This document shows, one piece after another, positions 34,385 through 43,490 of a stretch of 64,000 bases of DNA. This DNA comes from an uncultured Actinomycetes bacterium (GTDB lineage Bacteria > Actinomycetota > UBA4738 > HRBIN12). Where the stretch lies: positions 402,234 through 466,233 of the forward strand of contig CAVZMG010000005.1 in the NCBI GenBank assembly GCA_963776425.1. The letters are read 5' to 3'. The notes under the pieces are model-generated. The model searched no databases, was not told where the DNA came from, and saw only the letters and a program-made list of their open reading frames with translations. Positions within the stretch are counted from its first letter, which is position 1; each line of letters starts with the position of its first letter. The translations under genes and the position numbers were made by a program.

Positions 34385-34714
34385 TCAGTTGGCGAGTACG
34401 TTGAAGATGACCTTGGCGAAGATGAAGTCCAGGCCGTAGACGAGGCTCGTCATCACGATCACCGTGACGAGCACGACGACCGTATACGAGACGAGCTCCC
34501 GCCGTGTCGGCCAATCGACCTTGTGCAGCTCCTGACGGACCTCTTTCAGGAACTGCCGGGTGCCGGTGCGCTTCTTCTTCCCGCCCTCGCTGCGCGTGGC
34601 CACCGGAGCGCTCCCACCTCGGCGGGCAGATGTCGCGGCAGCTTCGCGCCGCTCGGCGACCGTGCCTTTCTTGCGCTCTTGGCGCTCCTGCATCCGCTTC
34701 ATCTGCCGGTTCAT
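34385..34714 (-). CDS. secE: preprotein translocase subunit SecE
   Basis: Starts at MNRQMKRMQ… (ATG at 34714). The longer track ORF would overlap tRNA-Trp. There is a C-terminal TM helix (…VVVLVTVIVMTSLVYGLDFIFA…). Confidence 0.8.
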   Translation of the reverse strand: MNRQMKRMQERQERKKGTVAERREAAATSARRGGSAPVATRSEGGKKKRTGTRQFLKEVRQELHKVDWPTRRELVSYTVVVLVTVIVMTSLVYGLDFIFAKVIFNVLAN

Positions 34715-34726
34715 GGAACTCCCTTG

Positions 34727-34800
34727 CAGGGGCGGAGGGACTTGAACCCCCAACCGCCGGTTTTGGAGACCGGTGCTCTACCAAGTTGAGCTACGCCCCT
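34727..34800 (-). tRNA. trpT: tRNA-Trp (anticodon CCA)
   Basis: A 74-nt cloverleaf was folded by hand. The acceptor stem is AGGGGCG/CGCCCCT and the anticodon loop is CTCCAAA. CCA is not encoded. Confidence 0.9.
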
Positions 34801-34841
34801 CGGCTCCAGTCGCCCAGGTACGTGGGAACGTCGGAGCACCC

Positions 34842-34870
34842 AGTATAGGTACGGCCTCCTGGCTCGGCAA
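34842..34870 (-). promoter_or_regulatory. candidate promoter for trpT-secE-nusG (-35 TTGCCG, 17-nt, -10 TATACT) with upstream A-tract
   Basis: The hexamers were read on the minus strand about 40 nt upstream of the tRNA 5' end. An AAAAAGGG tract lies at about -60. Confidence 0.4.
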
Positions 34871-34946
34871 AGGAGCGAACCGAGAGCCTTGGGCGAGCGC
34901 CCTTTTTCGCGTTCGGATGTGCGTGTCCGGGCCATCACCCTGACCT

Positions 34947-36605
34947 ATGCTTCGCCCGACGCATCGCGCCGGCCCCGGATCGCGAGGCTTCGTCATGGAT
35001 ACCGGTACCACGTACACGCCGGAAGGGCCCGGCGTCCCCCGGCGTGGCTTGTTCGCTCGCCGGTCCGGTCCCGAATCGTACGCAGAGCCCGAGACGCTCG
35101 AACGAGCGGTCGAGGAGCGACTGGAAGAAGGGCTCCACGCCATCGAGGAGCAGGCGGCGGCGCTGATGCGCGAGATCGCCGGCGAGATGTGGCGCGCCTC
35201 CGGCTCCGACACCGGCGCCGAGCAGGACCGCATCCTCAACTTCCTCTCCCGTGACCAGGCGATCCGTAGCCTGATCGCCTCCAGCGACGACCGCTTCCAG
35301 GCGCTCGCCGTTCGGACCGCGCGCCTCGAAGACGCGCTCGCGGAGCTCGCTGAGAACGGCCGGATCGTGAGCGAGGCGATCCAGCTGTCCGCTCGATCGG
35401 TGCACGAGATCGCCAACTCCCCCACGTTGCAGGGCGTGGAGATGGTGCGCACGCAACTCGAGCAGGTGGAACAACACATCTCGGCCACATTCACGCACCT
35501 GGACGAGCGCGATCACGCGCTCACAGGAGCCATCCAAGACAAGATCGTCGAGCACGGTGACTTGATCGCCCGCGAGACGGCGCGGATCGTCGAAGCGATG
35601 GAGGCCTACGTTCAGGGCGGCGCAGAGGCGATGGGTCGGCTCGCGCAGCGGATCGAGCAGCACGCAGCGGCGTTCGCCGCCCACGACGAGACGCTTGCCG
35701 ACAAACTGCGTTCCACGGTGGCGGAAGAGACGCGAGAGATGGCGGAGCAGGTCCAGATGCTCGGCGAGCGCGTGGGGATCCAGGGCCGCACCAGCCAGGA
35801 GCACCAGATCGCGATGGAGAACCTCCTCGAGACCCGGGTCATGGGCCTCGCACAGCTCACCCGGTCGGACTCCCAGGCCCTCCGTGAGCTGATCGACCGC
35901 AACGCCGCGACGCAGGAGGAGCGGCTGAGCGAGATCGTGAACGAGCGGCTGTCCACGCTGACCTTGGCCGTGAGCGCCAGCATCGAACGGAACCTGGCTC
36001 AGCTGTCAGAACGGATCGAGTCGCAGCTGGGCGGCGTGGCAGAGACCGTGGCGCTCCGGGCAGCGGAGGCTGCCGACATCGCGGTCGCCTCGACGTTCGA
36101 CCAGACGCTGGAGCGGCTCGGCGCATCGATCGCTTCGATCGACACGATGGGGGTCTCGCTGGTCGAGACCGTCGTCGGCGCCCAGCAACAGACCGAAGAG
36201 CGTCTGAGCGAACGGATGGAGGGTGGCCTCGGTGCGCTCGCCAAGCTCATCCGATCCGATAACCAGATCCTGGCGGAGCGGATGTCGGGCGGGACCGGGT
36301 CCGGCCCCGACGCCGACGCAGCTCGGCAAACGCTGCGCGCCGTGAAGGAGCTTCAGGCCGGGATGGGCGCGGATGTCGTCGGGTCCGTCGACCGACGATT
36401 CCAAACGATGTCCGAGCAGCTCCACAAGGAAACGCAGTCCACGACCGAGGCGATGGTGAAGGTTGCCGAAGTGCTCGGAGAGAAGATCGACCGACTCTCG
36501 GTGCGCGTTGACGAGGGTGTCGGCGGCGACCTCCAGATCGTGATCGACCGGATGAGCGACGCCATCCAGGCGATGTCAGGGCGCGGACGGCGCGAAGCCG
36601 GTTAG
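34947..36605 (+). CDS. hypothetical alpha-helical coiled-coil protein (~535-552 aa)
   Basis: Long ORF with coding-like composition. It is rich in E/R/L/A/Q and has recurring ERL/QLE heptad-like patterns. No enzymatic motifs were found. The start is probably MDTGTTY (34995). Confidence 0.6.
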   Translation: MLRPTHRAGPGSRGFVMDTGTTYTPEGPGVPRRGLFARRSGPESYAEPETLERAVEERLEEGLHAIEEQAAALMREIAGEMWRASGSDTGAEQDRILNFLSRDQAIRSLIASSDDRFQALAVRTARLEDALAELAENGRIVSEAIQLSARSVHEIANSPTLQGVEMVRTQLEQVEQHISATFTHLDERDHALTGAIQDKIVEHGDLIARETARIVEAMEAYVQGGAEAMGRLAQRIEQHAAAFAAHDETLADKLRSTVAEETREMAEQVQMLGERVGIQGRTSQEHQIAMENLLETRVMGLAQLTRSDSQALRELIDRNAATQEERLSEIVNERLSTLTLAVSASIERNLAQLSERIESQLGGVAETVALRAAEAADIAVASTFDQTLERLGASIASIDTMGVSLVETVVGAQQQTEERLSERMEGGLGALAKLIRSDNQILAERMSGGTGSGPDADAARQTLRAVKELQAGMGADVVGSVDRRFQTMSEQLHKETQSTTEAMVKVAEVLGEKIDRLSVRVDEGVGGDLQIVIDRMSDAIQAMSGRGRREAG

Positions 36606-37030
36606 TCCGCGAGGCGGATCAGCGCCTCGCCCTTGCGGATCGGGTACTCCGTCCCCCCGTCGCGCTCCACCGTGACCCACAGATCAAGGATGGCGGTTCG
36701 CGACGCCGCATCCAACGCACGAACCCGTCCGCCGGCGACGATCTCCTCATCGAGGAAGACGGGTGCACGGAACTGGGCCGAGAGTTGGAGCACGTCCGCT
36801 GGATCCCCCGCCCACTCCGACACACATGCAGCCAGATGCGCCATGGTGAACATGCCGTGCGCGATGACACCCGGGAAGCCCGCCGCTCGAGCAACCGTGT
36901 CGTCGTCATGCAGCGGATTCCGGTCACCGCTCACGTCGGCGTAGGCCCGCACATCGTCGCGACGGACGACTCGAGCGGCCGATGGAACCTCATCGCCGAC
37001 ACGCACGCTGCCCAAGGACCTCGCCGTCAC
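36602..37030 (-). CDS. MaoC-like (R)-specific hydratase/dehydratase, HadB-like
   Basis: 142 aa with a hot-dog fold motif (DxNPLHDD…HGM). Confidence 0.8.
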   Translation of the reverse strand: MTARSLGSVRVGDEVPSAARVVRRDDVRAYADVSGDRNPLHDDDTVARAAGFPGVIAHGMFTMAHLAACVSEWAGDPADVLQLSAQFRAPVFLDEEIVAGGRVRALDAASRTAILDLWVTVERDGGTEYPIRKGEALIRLAD

Positions 37031-37458
37031 GAGTCAGCACCTCGTTCGATCATCGTGGATCGGGCGACCGCCGCTGGCAGCCCGTCGCCCCCGCGCATCG
37101 TCATCTCGACATTCAGGAACCCGGTGCCACCCTTGTGACGGATGGAGGCGATCCGGGCGCTCACCTCGAGCTCTTCTCCGACCTGCAAGGGTCTGAGGAA
37201 CTCGAACTCCTGACTCCCGTGGACCACCCGACGGAAGTCGAGCGCGAGCGCCGGGTCTCCCATGATCTGCGGGAACAGAGCGAACTCGGCAGCCGTGAGG
37301 AAGGTCGGCGGCACACCCGCGGGTCCGCCGAAGAGATCCCGGAACGCTCGAACCCGCTCCTCCTGGAGCACGAACACGACCGGGCCGTACGTCTTGCCTT
37401 CGGCCGCCGGGTTCACGCCGCGCACGGTAGCGGCGGACCCCCCGGGCCGCAAGCACAC
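37027..37458 (-). CDS. HadA-like N-terminal hot-dog (UPF0336/MaoC-associated) dehydratase subunit
   Basis: 143-aa ORF that overlaps the downstream hadB-like gene by 4 nt. This pairing is the same as mycobacterial hadA-hadB next to rpmG2/trpT. Confidence 0.65.
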   Translation of the reverse strand: MCLRPGGSAATVRGVNPAAEGKTYGPVVFVLQEERVRAFRDLFGGPAGVPPTFLTAAEFALFPQIMGDPALALDFRRVVHGSQEFEFLRPLQVGEELEVSARIASIRHKGGTGFLNVEMTMRGGDGLPAAVARSTMIERGADS

Positions 37459-37498
37459 GGATGTGCGTGCGCGTGTCCACCATCTGGCCTACGATTCG

Positions 37499-38221
37499 AT
37501 GCGCATGACGCCGCGTGCCCGCATCACCGTCGTGATCGTCGACGACCATCGAGCCTTCGGCGAGGCGCTCGCGATCGCGCTCGATAAGGAGCGCGATCTC
37601 GAGGTCGTCGCCGTGGAGACCGATGGTGCCTCTGCGGCCGACGTGGCCGCCACCGTCCGGCCCGACGTGGTCCTCCTGGACCTCGAGATGCCCGGGATGG
37701 GCGGCCTCGAAGCTTCTCCGCGGATCCACGAGGCCTCGAAGGCCACCTCGATCATCATCCTCACCGGCTCCGAGGACGCGCTCGCGCACGGACGGGCGGT
37801 GGAAGCGGGAGCCCGAGGATTCCTCCAGAAGACCGCCGCGATCGGGGAGGTGGCCGACGCGGTCCGTCGCGTCCACCGAGGGGAGCCCCTCAACCCCGAG
37901 GAAGAGGTCGCGGCGGCGCTGGAGCGCGTCCGGCGGGTCCGCACCCGGGACGGCGACATGGAACGCCGACTCGATCGGCTGACGCCTCGCGAGCTCGAGA
38001 TCCTGCAATCGCTCGCCGACGGACACTCGCCCGACGAGATCGCACGCGACCTCGACCTCAGCCGTCACACGCTCCGAACCCACGTGCAGAACGTGCTGAT
38101 GAAGCTCGGCGTGCACTCGAAGTTGGACGCCATCGTCGTGGCGATCCGGCACGGCAAGGTGCGTACGACCGCTCTCACCGAAGGCGCCGAGTCGCCGGCG
38201 CCCGAGCTCGACGAACGCTGA
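37499..38221 (+). CDS. LuxR/NarL-family response regulator (orphan; no kinase in window)
   Basis: Starts at MRMTPRARITVVIVDDH…. The receiver domain has D-D, the phospho-acceptor Asp (LLDLEMPG), and T/K residues. The C-terminal HTH is LuxR-type (…LTPRELEILQSLADGHS…). Confidence 0.85.
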   Translation: MRMTPRARITVVIVDDHRAFGEALAIALDKERDLEVVAVETDGASAADVAATVRPDVVLLDLEMPGMGGLEASPRIHEASKATSIIILTGSEDALAHGRAVEAGARGFLQKTAAIGEVADAVRRVHRGEPLNPEEEVAAALERVRRVRTRDGDMERRLDRLTPRELEILQSLADGHSPDEIARDLDLSRHTLRTHVQNVLMKLGVHSKLDAIVVAIRHGKVRTTALTEGAESPAPELDER

Positions 38222-38224
38222 CCG

Positions 38225-38389
38225 CTATCGCGTCTCGCGGTGGAGCGTGTGCTTGCGATCCCACCGGCAGTACTTCTTGAGCTCGATGCGATCGCGGTCG
38301 TTCACACGGTTCTTCACGGTGTTGTAGTTGCGCCGTTTGCACTCCGTGCATGCGAGCGTGATCTTCGGACGGTTGTCGCCCTTAGCCAT
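38225..38389 (-). CDS. rpmG: 50S ribosomal protein L33
   Basis: 54 aa ([54 protein letters not shown]). Its stop lies 3 nt from the convergent RR stop. Confidence 0.9.
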   Translation of the reverse strand: MAKGDNRPKITLACTECKRRNYNTVKNRVNDRDRIELKKYCRWDRKHTLHRETR

Positions 38390-38420
38390 CAGACGTTCTC
38401 CTCGAGTTGCCGGTGTTCGG

Positions 38421-39605
38421 TCACTTGATGATCTTGGTGACGCGGCCTGCACCCACGGTGCGACCACCCTCACGGATGGCGAAGCGCAGGCCCTCTTCCA
38501 TGGCGATCGGGGCGATCATCTCGACGGTCATGTCGACGTTGTCGCCCGGCATCACCATCTCGATGCCCTCGGCCAGGTGCGCGGTGCCGGTGACGTCGGT
38601 GGTGCGGAAGTAGAACTGGGGACGGTAGCCGTTGAAGAACGGGGTGTGGCGGCCGCCTTCGTCTTTGCTCAAGATGTAGACCTTGGCCTCGAAGTCGGTG
38701 TGGGGGGTGATCGACCCGGGCTTGGCGAGCACCTGACCGCGCTCGACCTCCTCCTTGTCGATCCCTCGCAGCAAGATCCCGACGTTGTCGCCTGCGACGA
38801 CCTCGTCGAGCAGCTTGCGGAACATCTCGAGGTCGGTCGCGACGGTCTTGCGGGTCTCGTGGATCCCCACGATCTCCACCTCGGACATCTTCGCGAGCTT
38901 GCCCTGCTCCACCCGCCCGGTAACGACGGTCCCGCGGCCGGTGATCGAGAAGACGTCTTCGATCGGCATGAGGAACGGCTTGTCGGTGTCGCGGACCGGC
39001 TCGGCGATGTAGGAGTCGCAGGCGGCCATCAGCTCGTCGATCTTGGCCATCCATGCCTCGTCGCCCTCGAGGGCCTTCAGGGCCGAGACCTGGATCACGG
39101 GGGTGTCGTCGCCGGGGAACTCGTAGGAGGTGAGGAGCTCACGAACCTCGAGCTCCACGAGCTCAAGGAGCTCGGGGTCATCGACCGTGTCGCACTTGTT
39201 GAGCGCGACCACGATGTAGGGGACGCCGACCTGGCGTGCCAAGAGCACGTGCTCGCGGGTCTGGGGCATCGGGCCGTCGGCCGCAGACACCACCAGGATC
39301 GCGCCGTCGATCTGGGCGGCACCGGTGATCATGTTCTTGATGTAGTCGGCGTGCCCGGGCATGTCGACGTGGGCGTAGTGGCGGTTCTCGGTCTCGTACT
39401 CCACGTGGGCGATCGCGATCGTGATGCCCCGCTCGCGCTCCTCGGGGGCCTTGTCGATCTGATCGAACGGGGTGAACTCGGCCATGCCCTTGTCGGCCTG
39501 GCGCTTGGTGATGGCCGCCGTGAGCGTGGTCTTGCCATGGTCGATGTGGCCCATGGTGCCGATGTTCACGTGCGGCTTCGTCCGCTCGAACTTCTTCTTC
39601 GACAT
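38421..39605 (-). CDS. tuf: elongation factor Tu (copy 2, tRNA-tuf-rpmG locus)
   Basis: 394 aa, identical in protein sequence to copy 1. At the DNA level it is near-identical from the stop through about 8 nt upstream of the ATG, with at least 3 synonymous differences. Confidence 0.97.
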   Translation of the reverse strand: MSKKKFERTKPHVNIGTMGHIDHGKTTLTAAITKRQADKGMAEFTPFDQIDKAPEERERGITIAIAHVEYETENRHYAHVDMPGHADYIKNMITGAAQIDGAILVVSAADGPMPQTREHVLLARQVGVPYIVVALNKCDTVDDPELLELVELEVRELLTSYEFPGDDTPVIQVSALKALEGDEAWMAKIDELMAACDSYIAEPVRDTDKPFLMPIEDVFSITGRGTVVTGRVEQGKLAKMSEVEIVGIHETRKTVATDLEMFRKLLDEVVAGDNVGILLRGIDKEEVERGQVLAKPGSITPHTDFEAKVYILSKDEGGRHTPFFNGYRPQFYFRTTDVTGTAHLAEGIEMVMPGDNVDMTVEMIAPIAMEEGLRFAIREGGRTVGAGRVTKIIK

Positions 39606-39642
39606 CTCTTCCTCCGAGGTCGCGTTCGATCGACGGCCGTGT

Positions 39643-39717
39643 TGGTAGCGGCGGGTGGAATCGAACCACCGACACAGCGATTATGAGCCGCTTGCTCTGC
39701 CTCTGAGCTACGCCGCC
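39643..39717 (-). tRNA. tRNA-Met (anticodon CAT; elongator-type, could alternatively be tRNA-Ile2/lysidine)
   Basis: Cloverleaf folded by hand: acceptor GGCGGCG, anticodon loop CTCATAA, T-loop TTCGATT, 3' CCA encoded. Confidence 0.75.
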
Positions 39718-39784
39718 GTGTTCGGGGAGCGAGTCTACCTGCGACGATGGCCGTTCGGCATCATCTGCAAGCGAACCAGATCCG

Positions 39785-39857
39785 AGCCGGAGCGGGGAAT
39801 CGAACCCCGGACCTCCTCCTTACCATGGAGGCGCTCTGCCGACTGAGCTACTCCGGC
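39785..39857 (-). tRNA. tRNA-Thr (anticodon GGT)
   Basis: Cloverleaf folded by hand: acceptor GCCGGAG/CTCCGGC, anticodon loop ATGGTAA. Confidence 0.85.
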
Positions 39858-39913
39858 GCCCGTACAGCGGGCAGCACTCTACTAAAGGACATCCAGCGCG
39901 AAGGCCTGGCGGA

Positions 39914-41287
39914 TCACCCTTCGGCGACCGAGTAGAGATGCCACTCGTCGGGGACGCCCTTCAGCGCATGGAGGCCTCGATCCTGGAAGGCTAAGCCGCT
40001 CCCCGCGACCAGATCCTTGACCGTGGAGCTCACCCACACCTCGGACGGACCGGCGAGCGCCGCCACGCGGGCGCCGATATGCACGGCGATCCCGCGGACG
40101 TCATCGCCTGCAAGCTCGATCTCACCGGTATGGGCGCCCGCGCGTACCTCCAGACCGAGCGGCTTGAGAGCCTCGGCGATCGAGACCGCGCATCGCACGG
40201 CGCGAGCCGGACCGTCGAACGTGGCCAGGAACCCGTCGCCTGCCGTGTCGATCTCTCGTCCCCCGAATCGCGTGATCAGATCTCGGACGCGCGCGTGGTG
40301 GGCGGCGAGGAGGTCGCCCCACTCGCGATCGCCGAGCTCGGCGGCACGTTCCGTCGACCCGACGATGTCGGTGAACAAGACGGTCGCGAGGAACCGATCG
40401 TGCGCCGAACCGCTGCGGACGCCCGTGAGGAACTCCTCGATCTCGTCCAGCACGATCTCCGAGTTACCGACCCACGGAAGGTGGTCATCGCCGGGCAGTT
40501 CGACGAAGGTCGAACCGCGAACCTGCTCCGCCACGTTGCGGCCCGCATCGAACGGGACCGCACGATCCCCCGTCCGATGCAGGACGAGCGTCGGGACGAG
40601 CACCGCGTCCAGCACGGAGCGGACGTCGATCTCCGCGTTCATCCGCGAGAGGGCGAGCACCGCGCCGGGACTCGCACCCAGGCGGAGATAGCGCGCCCAC
40701 GTCTCGCGGAACCGCGCGTCATCCACCTTGCTCGGGGCACGGACCGCCAAGCCGACCGGTCCTCCCCAGTCCGACTCCATCTCCGCCAAGGAGGCCTCAT
40801 GCGCCTCCTGCGTGATCCCCCAGGCGTAGTCCGGACCCTGGAGCCGCTTCGCATAGCCCCCGAACAGGACGATCGCGGTCGTCCGCTCAGGGTGGGTCGC
40901 CGCGAACAACAGGCACATCGGTGCACCCTCGGACACGCCCAGGAGCGCCGCCTCGGTTGAGCCAGCCGCATCGCAGACCGTCAGGACGTCGCTCATCCGG
41001 GTCTCGAGGGTTGGGAGTTCGGACTCCGGGACCCGGTCGGACATGCCGGTCCCCCGCTTGTCGAACAAGATCAGGCGGGTGAAGGACGCCAACCGGTCGA
41101 AGAAGCGGGCCAGCGACGGCTCATCCCACGCGGCCTCGAGGTGCGAGACCCATCCCGGCACCCACACCAGATCCCTCGGGCCATCGCCCACGACCTGATA
41201 GGCGATCGAGACACCATCGGCAGCCTTCGCGTACCGCGTCTCGGGAGCCACGGCGGCAGTGTCTCCCGGCGAGAGCGGGACCCGCAA
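39914..41287 (-). CDS. alpha/beta-hydrolase–class III adenylate/guanylate cyclase fusion protein (LipJ-like)
   Basis: 457 aa. The N-terminal half is an alpha/beta-hydrolase fold. The C-terminal half has cyclase motifs (FTDIVGST…, …DTAGDGFLATF…). Confidence 0.8.
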   Translation of the reverse strand: MRVPLSPGDTAAVAPETRYAKAADGVSIAYQVVGDGPRDLVWVPGWVSHLEAAWDEPSLARFFDRLASFTRLILFDKRGTGMSDRVPESELPTLETRMSDVLTVCDAAGSTEAALLGVSEGAPMCLLFAATHPERTTAIVLFGGYAKRLQGPDYAWGITQEAHEASLAEMESDWGGPVGLAVRAPSKVDDARFRETWARYLRLGASPGAVLALSRMNAEIDVRSVLDAVLVPTLVLHRTGDRAVPFDAGRNVAEQVRGSTFVELPGDDHLPWVGNSEIVLDEIEEFLTGVRSGSAHDRFLATVLFTDIVGSTERAAELGDREWGDLLAAHHARVRDLITRFGGREIDTAGDGFLATFDGPARAVRCAVSIAEALKPLGLEVRAGAHTGEIELAGDDVRGIAVHIGARVAALAGPSEVWVSSTVKDLVAGSGLAFQDRGLHALKGVPDEWHLYSVAEG

Positions 41288-41335
41288 GCGTCCCCGGCGT
41301 GATCCGCTTCAGGCGCCCGAGACCTGGCACGATAG

Positions 41336-41797
41336 ATGCCGATGACCCGCCGGCTCGCGTTCGCGCTCGTGCTGCTTGCCGCGTGCGGCCGAGCGACTCC
41401 GTCGATCGCGGGCCGACCCGTCTCCACCGCATCCCTCTCCGGGAGCCAGGGTGCGGTCACCGTCCACGTCGAGGCCGCCGACTCGCCGGCTGAGCGCGAA
41501 CGCGGCCTGATGGGCCGAACCGCGCTGCCGGCCGACGCCGGCATGGTGTTCCTGTTCGCGGACGAAGGAGCCACCGTGACGGATCGGTTCTGGATGAAGG
41601 ACACGGAGATCGCGCTGTCGATCGCGTTCTGGGGCACCGACGGCAGGATCCTCGCGATCTACGACATGGATCCCTGCGCGACCGATCCATGTCCCACGTA
41701 CGGTCCGCCTGCGCCGTACGTCGGCGCCCTCGAGGTCAACAAGGGGTTCTTCAGCGAACATGGGGTGCATGTCGGTGACCGGATCCAACTCTCCTGA
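41336..41797 (+). CDS. DUF192-family lipoprotein
   Basis: 153 aa. The signal peptide has the lipobox LLAAC. DUF192 motifs are present (…MVFLFADE…FWMKDT…LSIAF…). Confidence 0.7.
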   Translation: MPMTRRLAFALVLLAACGRATPSIAGRPVSTASLSGSQGAVTVHVEAADSPAERERGLMGRTALPADAGMVFLFADEGATVTDRFWMKDTEIALSIAFWGTDGRILAIYDMDPCATDPCPTYGPPAPYVGALEVNKGFFSEHGVHVGDRIQLS

Positions 41798-41798
41798 G

Positions 41799-42107
41799 GT
41801 GCCGTGCCTGCTCTGTACGGCGGAGCGGGTAAGTGATTGGCATCACGAGGACGACGAGTGCTGGGTCGCGGATTGCGTCGTCTGCCGGACGCCGATGGTC
41901 GTCTGGCGGGTCCACGGCTTGCCCGACACGAAGGTCGAGGCGCGGCTGCTGGATCACCTCGAACGGATCGCGGCAGCTCGCTACGGTGACGACGGCTACT
42001 ACGTGGATCCCGAACGCCGGAGGATCCCCGATCACTGGCACGCGCACGCACGGCCGGCCGGTGGCTTCTTCGATCCGGCGAGCGAGCTGTACGACCGATA
42101 CTCATGA
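41799..42107 (+). CDS. hypothetical Cys-rich small protein (CxxC…CxxxxCxxC, putative zinc ribbon)
   Basis: In-frame GTG lies 2 nt after the DUF192 stop. The ORF reads VPCLLCTAERVSDWHHEDDECWVADCVVCRTPMVVW…. Confidence 0.4.
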   Translation: MPCLLCTAERVSDWHHEDDECWVADCVVCRTPMVVWRVHGLPDTKVEARLLDHLERIAAARYGDDGYYVDPERRRIPDHWHAHARPAGGFFDPASELYDRYS

Positions 42108-42383
42108 CCTAGAGCTGTTGCGAAGGTGTGACGTTCCGGCGGAACGACCTTCGACCACGGCCGGATGCCCTTGACACCTTTCCGATTCCGCCGGTACATC
42201 TGTACCCGTCGCGATCGACCGGAGTCCCCGGAGATCGACGTCAGACTGAACGGGTTTTGGGAGAGCCGTTCGTTCGCTCCCTCCCGAGCACCAACGGAAG
42301 AGATCTTCTTTCGGTTGACCGGACCACCGGAGGCCGAGCACCTACGGGCCCCGGCACTCGCCGGTCGATCGAGAGGAGTTCGG

Positions 42384-43488
42384 ATGTCCATCCGTTCCCG
42401 GAAGAGGTCACACCTTTTCGTCGCCACGCTCGCCGTGTTCATCCTGGCGGCATGCAGTTCGAACAGCGGCGATGGCGGTTCAAGCACCAGCGCGAGCGGC
42501 TCCAGTGCGAGCTGCACACCAGCCGACACACCGACGATCACGCTCGCGGCGTACAGCAACGTCTACGACACGTACGGCAAGTTGATCTCGACGTTCCAGT
42601 CGGATTGGGCGGACAAGCACAACGGTCAGTCGCTGATCTTCCAGACATCGTTCGGCGGCAGCACCACCCAGGCGCAGAACGTCGTGAACGGCTATCCGGC
42701 CGACATCGTCGCGCTGTCGCTCGACCCCGACGTGCAGCTGATCCAGGACGCCGGTCTGATCACGCATGACTGGCAGGCCGACGCGGAGAAGGGCATCGTC
42801 GCGAGCTCCGTCGGTCGTGTTCGATGTCCGTCCCGGCAACCCGAAGCACATCGAGAACTGGAACGACCTGACCCAGTCGGGACTGCAGATCCTCACCCCG
42901 GACCCGGCCCAGAGCGGCGGCGCGAAGTGGAACATCGTGGGTGCCTACGGCGCGTCGATGCGCGGCCAGGTCCCCGGCTATACGAAGGGTGACGCGGCCG
43001 GCGCGGAGAAGCTCCTGGAGGGCATCTTCAAGAACGTCACCGTCATGGACAAGAGCGCGAACGACTCGATCAAGAACTTCCAGGCCGGCAACGGCGACGT
43101 CGCGCTCACGTACGAATACGCGGTGCTCGCCGCACAAGCGGCCGGGCTCCCCGACCAGATGGTGATCCCACCCTCGACCGTCGCGATCCAGACGCCGGTC
43201 GCGGTCGTGGACAAGAACGCCGAGGCGCACTGCGTCGAGGACATCGCGAACGCGTTCGTCGAATTCCTCCACACGCCCGACGCCGCGGCGATCTTCGACA
43301 CGGTCGGGTTCGAGCGGCCGGTCGACCTGAAGAAGGCGCAGGCCGGAAAGGGCGTGGAGACCACGTTCCAGCCCGTGAAGGACCTGTTCACCACGGATGA
43401 CCTCGGTGGCTGGGACCAGCTGCTGAACGACACGGTGTTCGGGCCCAACGGAGCGTTCACGCAGGCCCAGCAGGCGGCCCAGGGATAG
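42384..43488 (+). pseudogene. sbp: sulfate/thiosulfate ABC transporter substrate-binding lipoprotein Sbp/CysP, interrupted by a +1 frameshift near 42813
   Basis: The N-terminal part (MSIRSRKRSHLFVATLAVFILAACSS…) lies in one frame up to …EKGIVASSV. The C-terminal part (…VVFDVRPGNPKHIENWNDL…) lies in the +2 frame (track ORF 42766..43488). Deleting one G at about 42813 restores …IVASSVVVFDVRPGNPK…, which matches Sbp. Confidence 0.75.
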
Positions 43489-43490
43489 CC

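Noticed and set aside
34890-34915. Small hairpin followed by TTTTT on the + strand, looked like an intrinsic terminator
   Set aside because: There is no + strand gene upstream. The 5-bp stem with a 2-nt loop is too small. It is more plausibly the A-tract/UP-element side of the minus-strand trpT promoter.
38328-39686. 452-aa + strand ORF
   Set aside because: Antisense of tuf2. Its translation duplicates the artefactual frame seen opposite tuf1.
42766-43488. Treating 42165..42992 and 42766..43488 as two separate genes
   Set aside because: They are the N- and C-terminal halves of one sulfate-binding protein, joined by a +1 frameshift. The first 73 aa of the 42165 ORF are upstream non-coding read-through.
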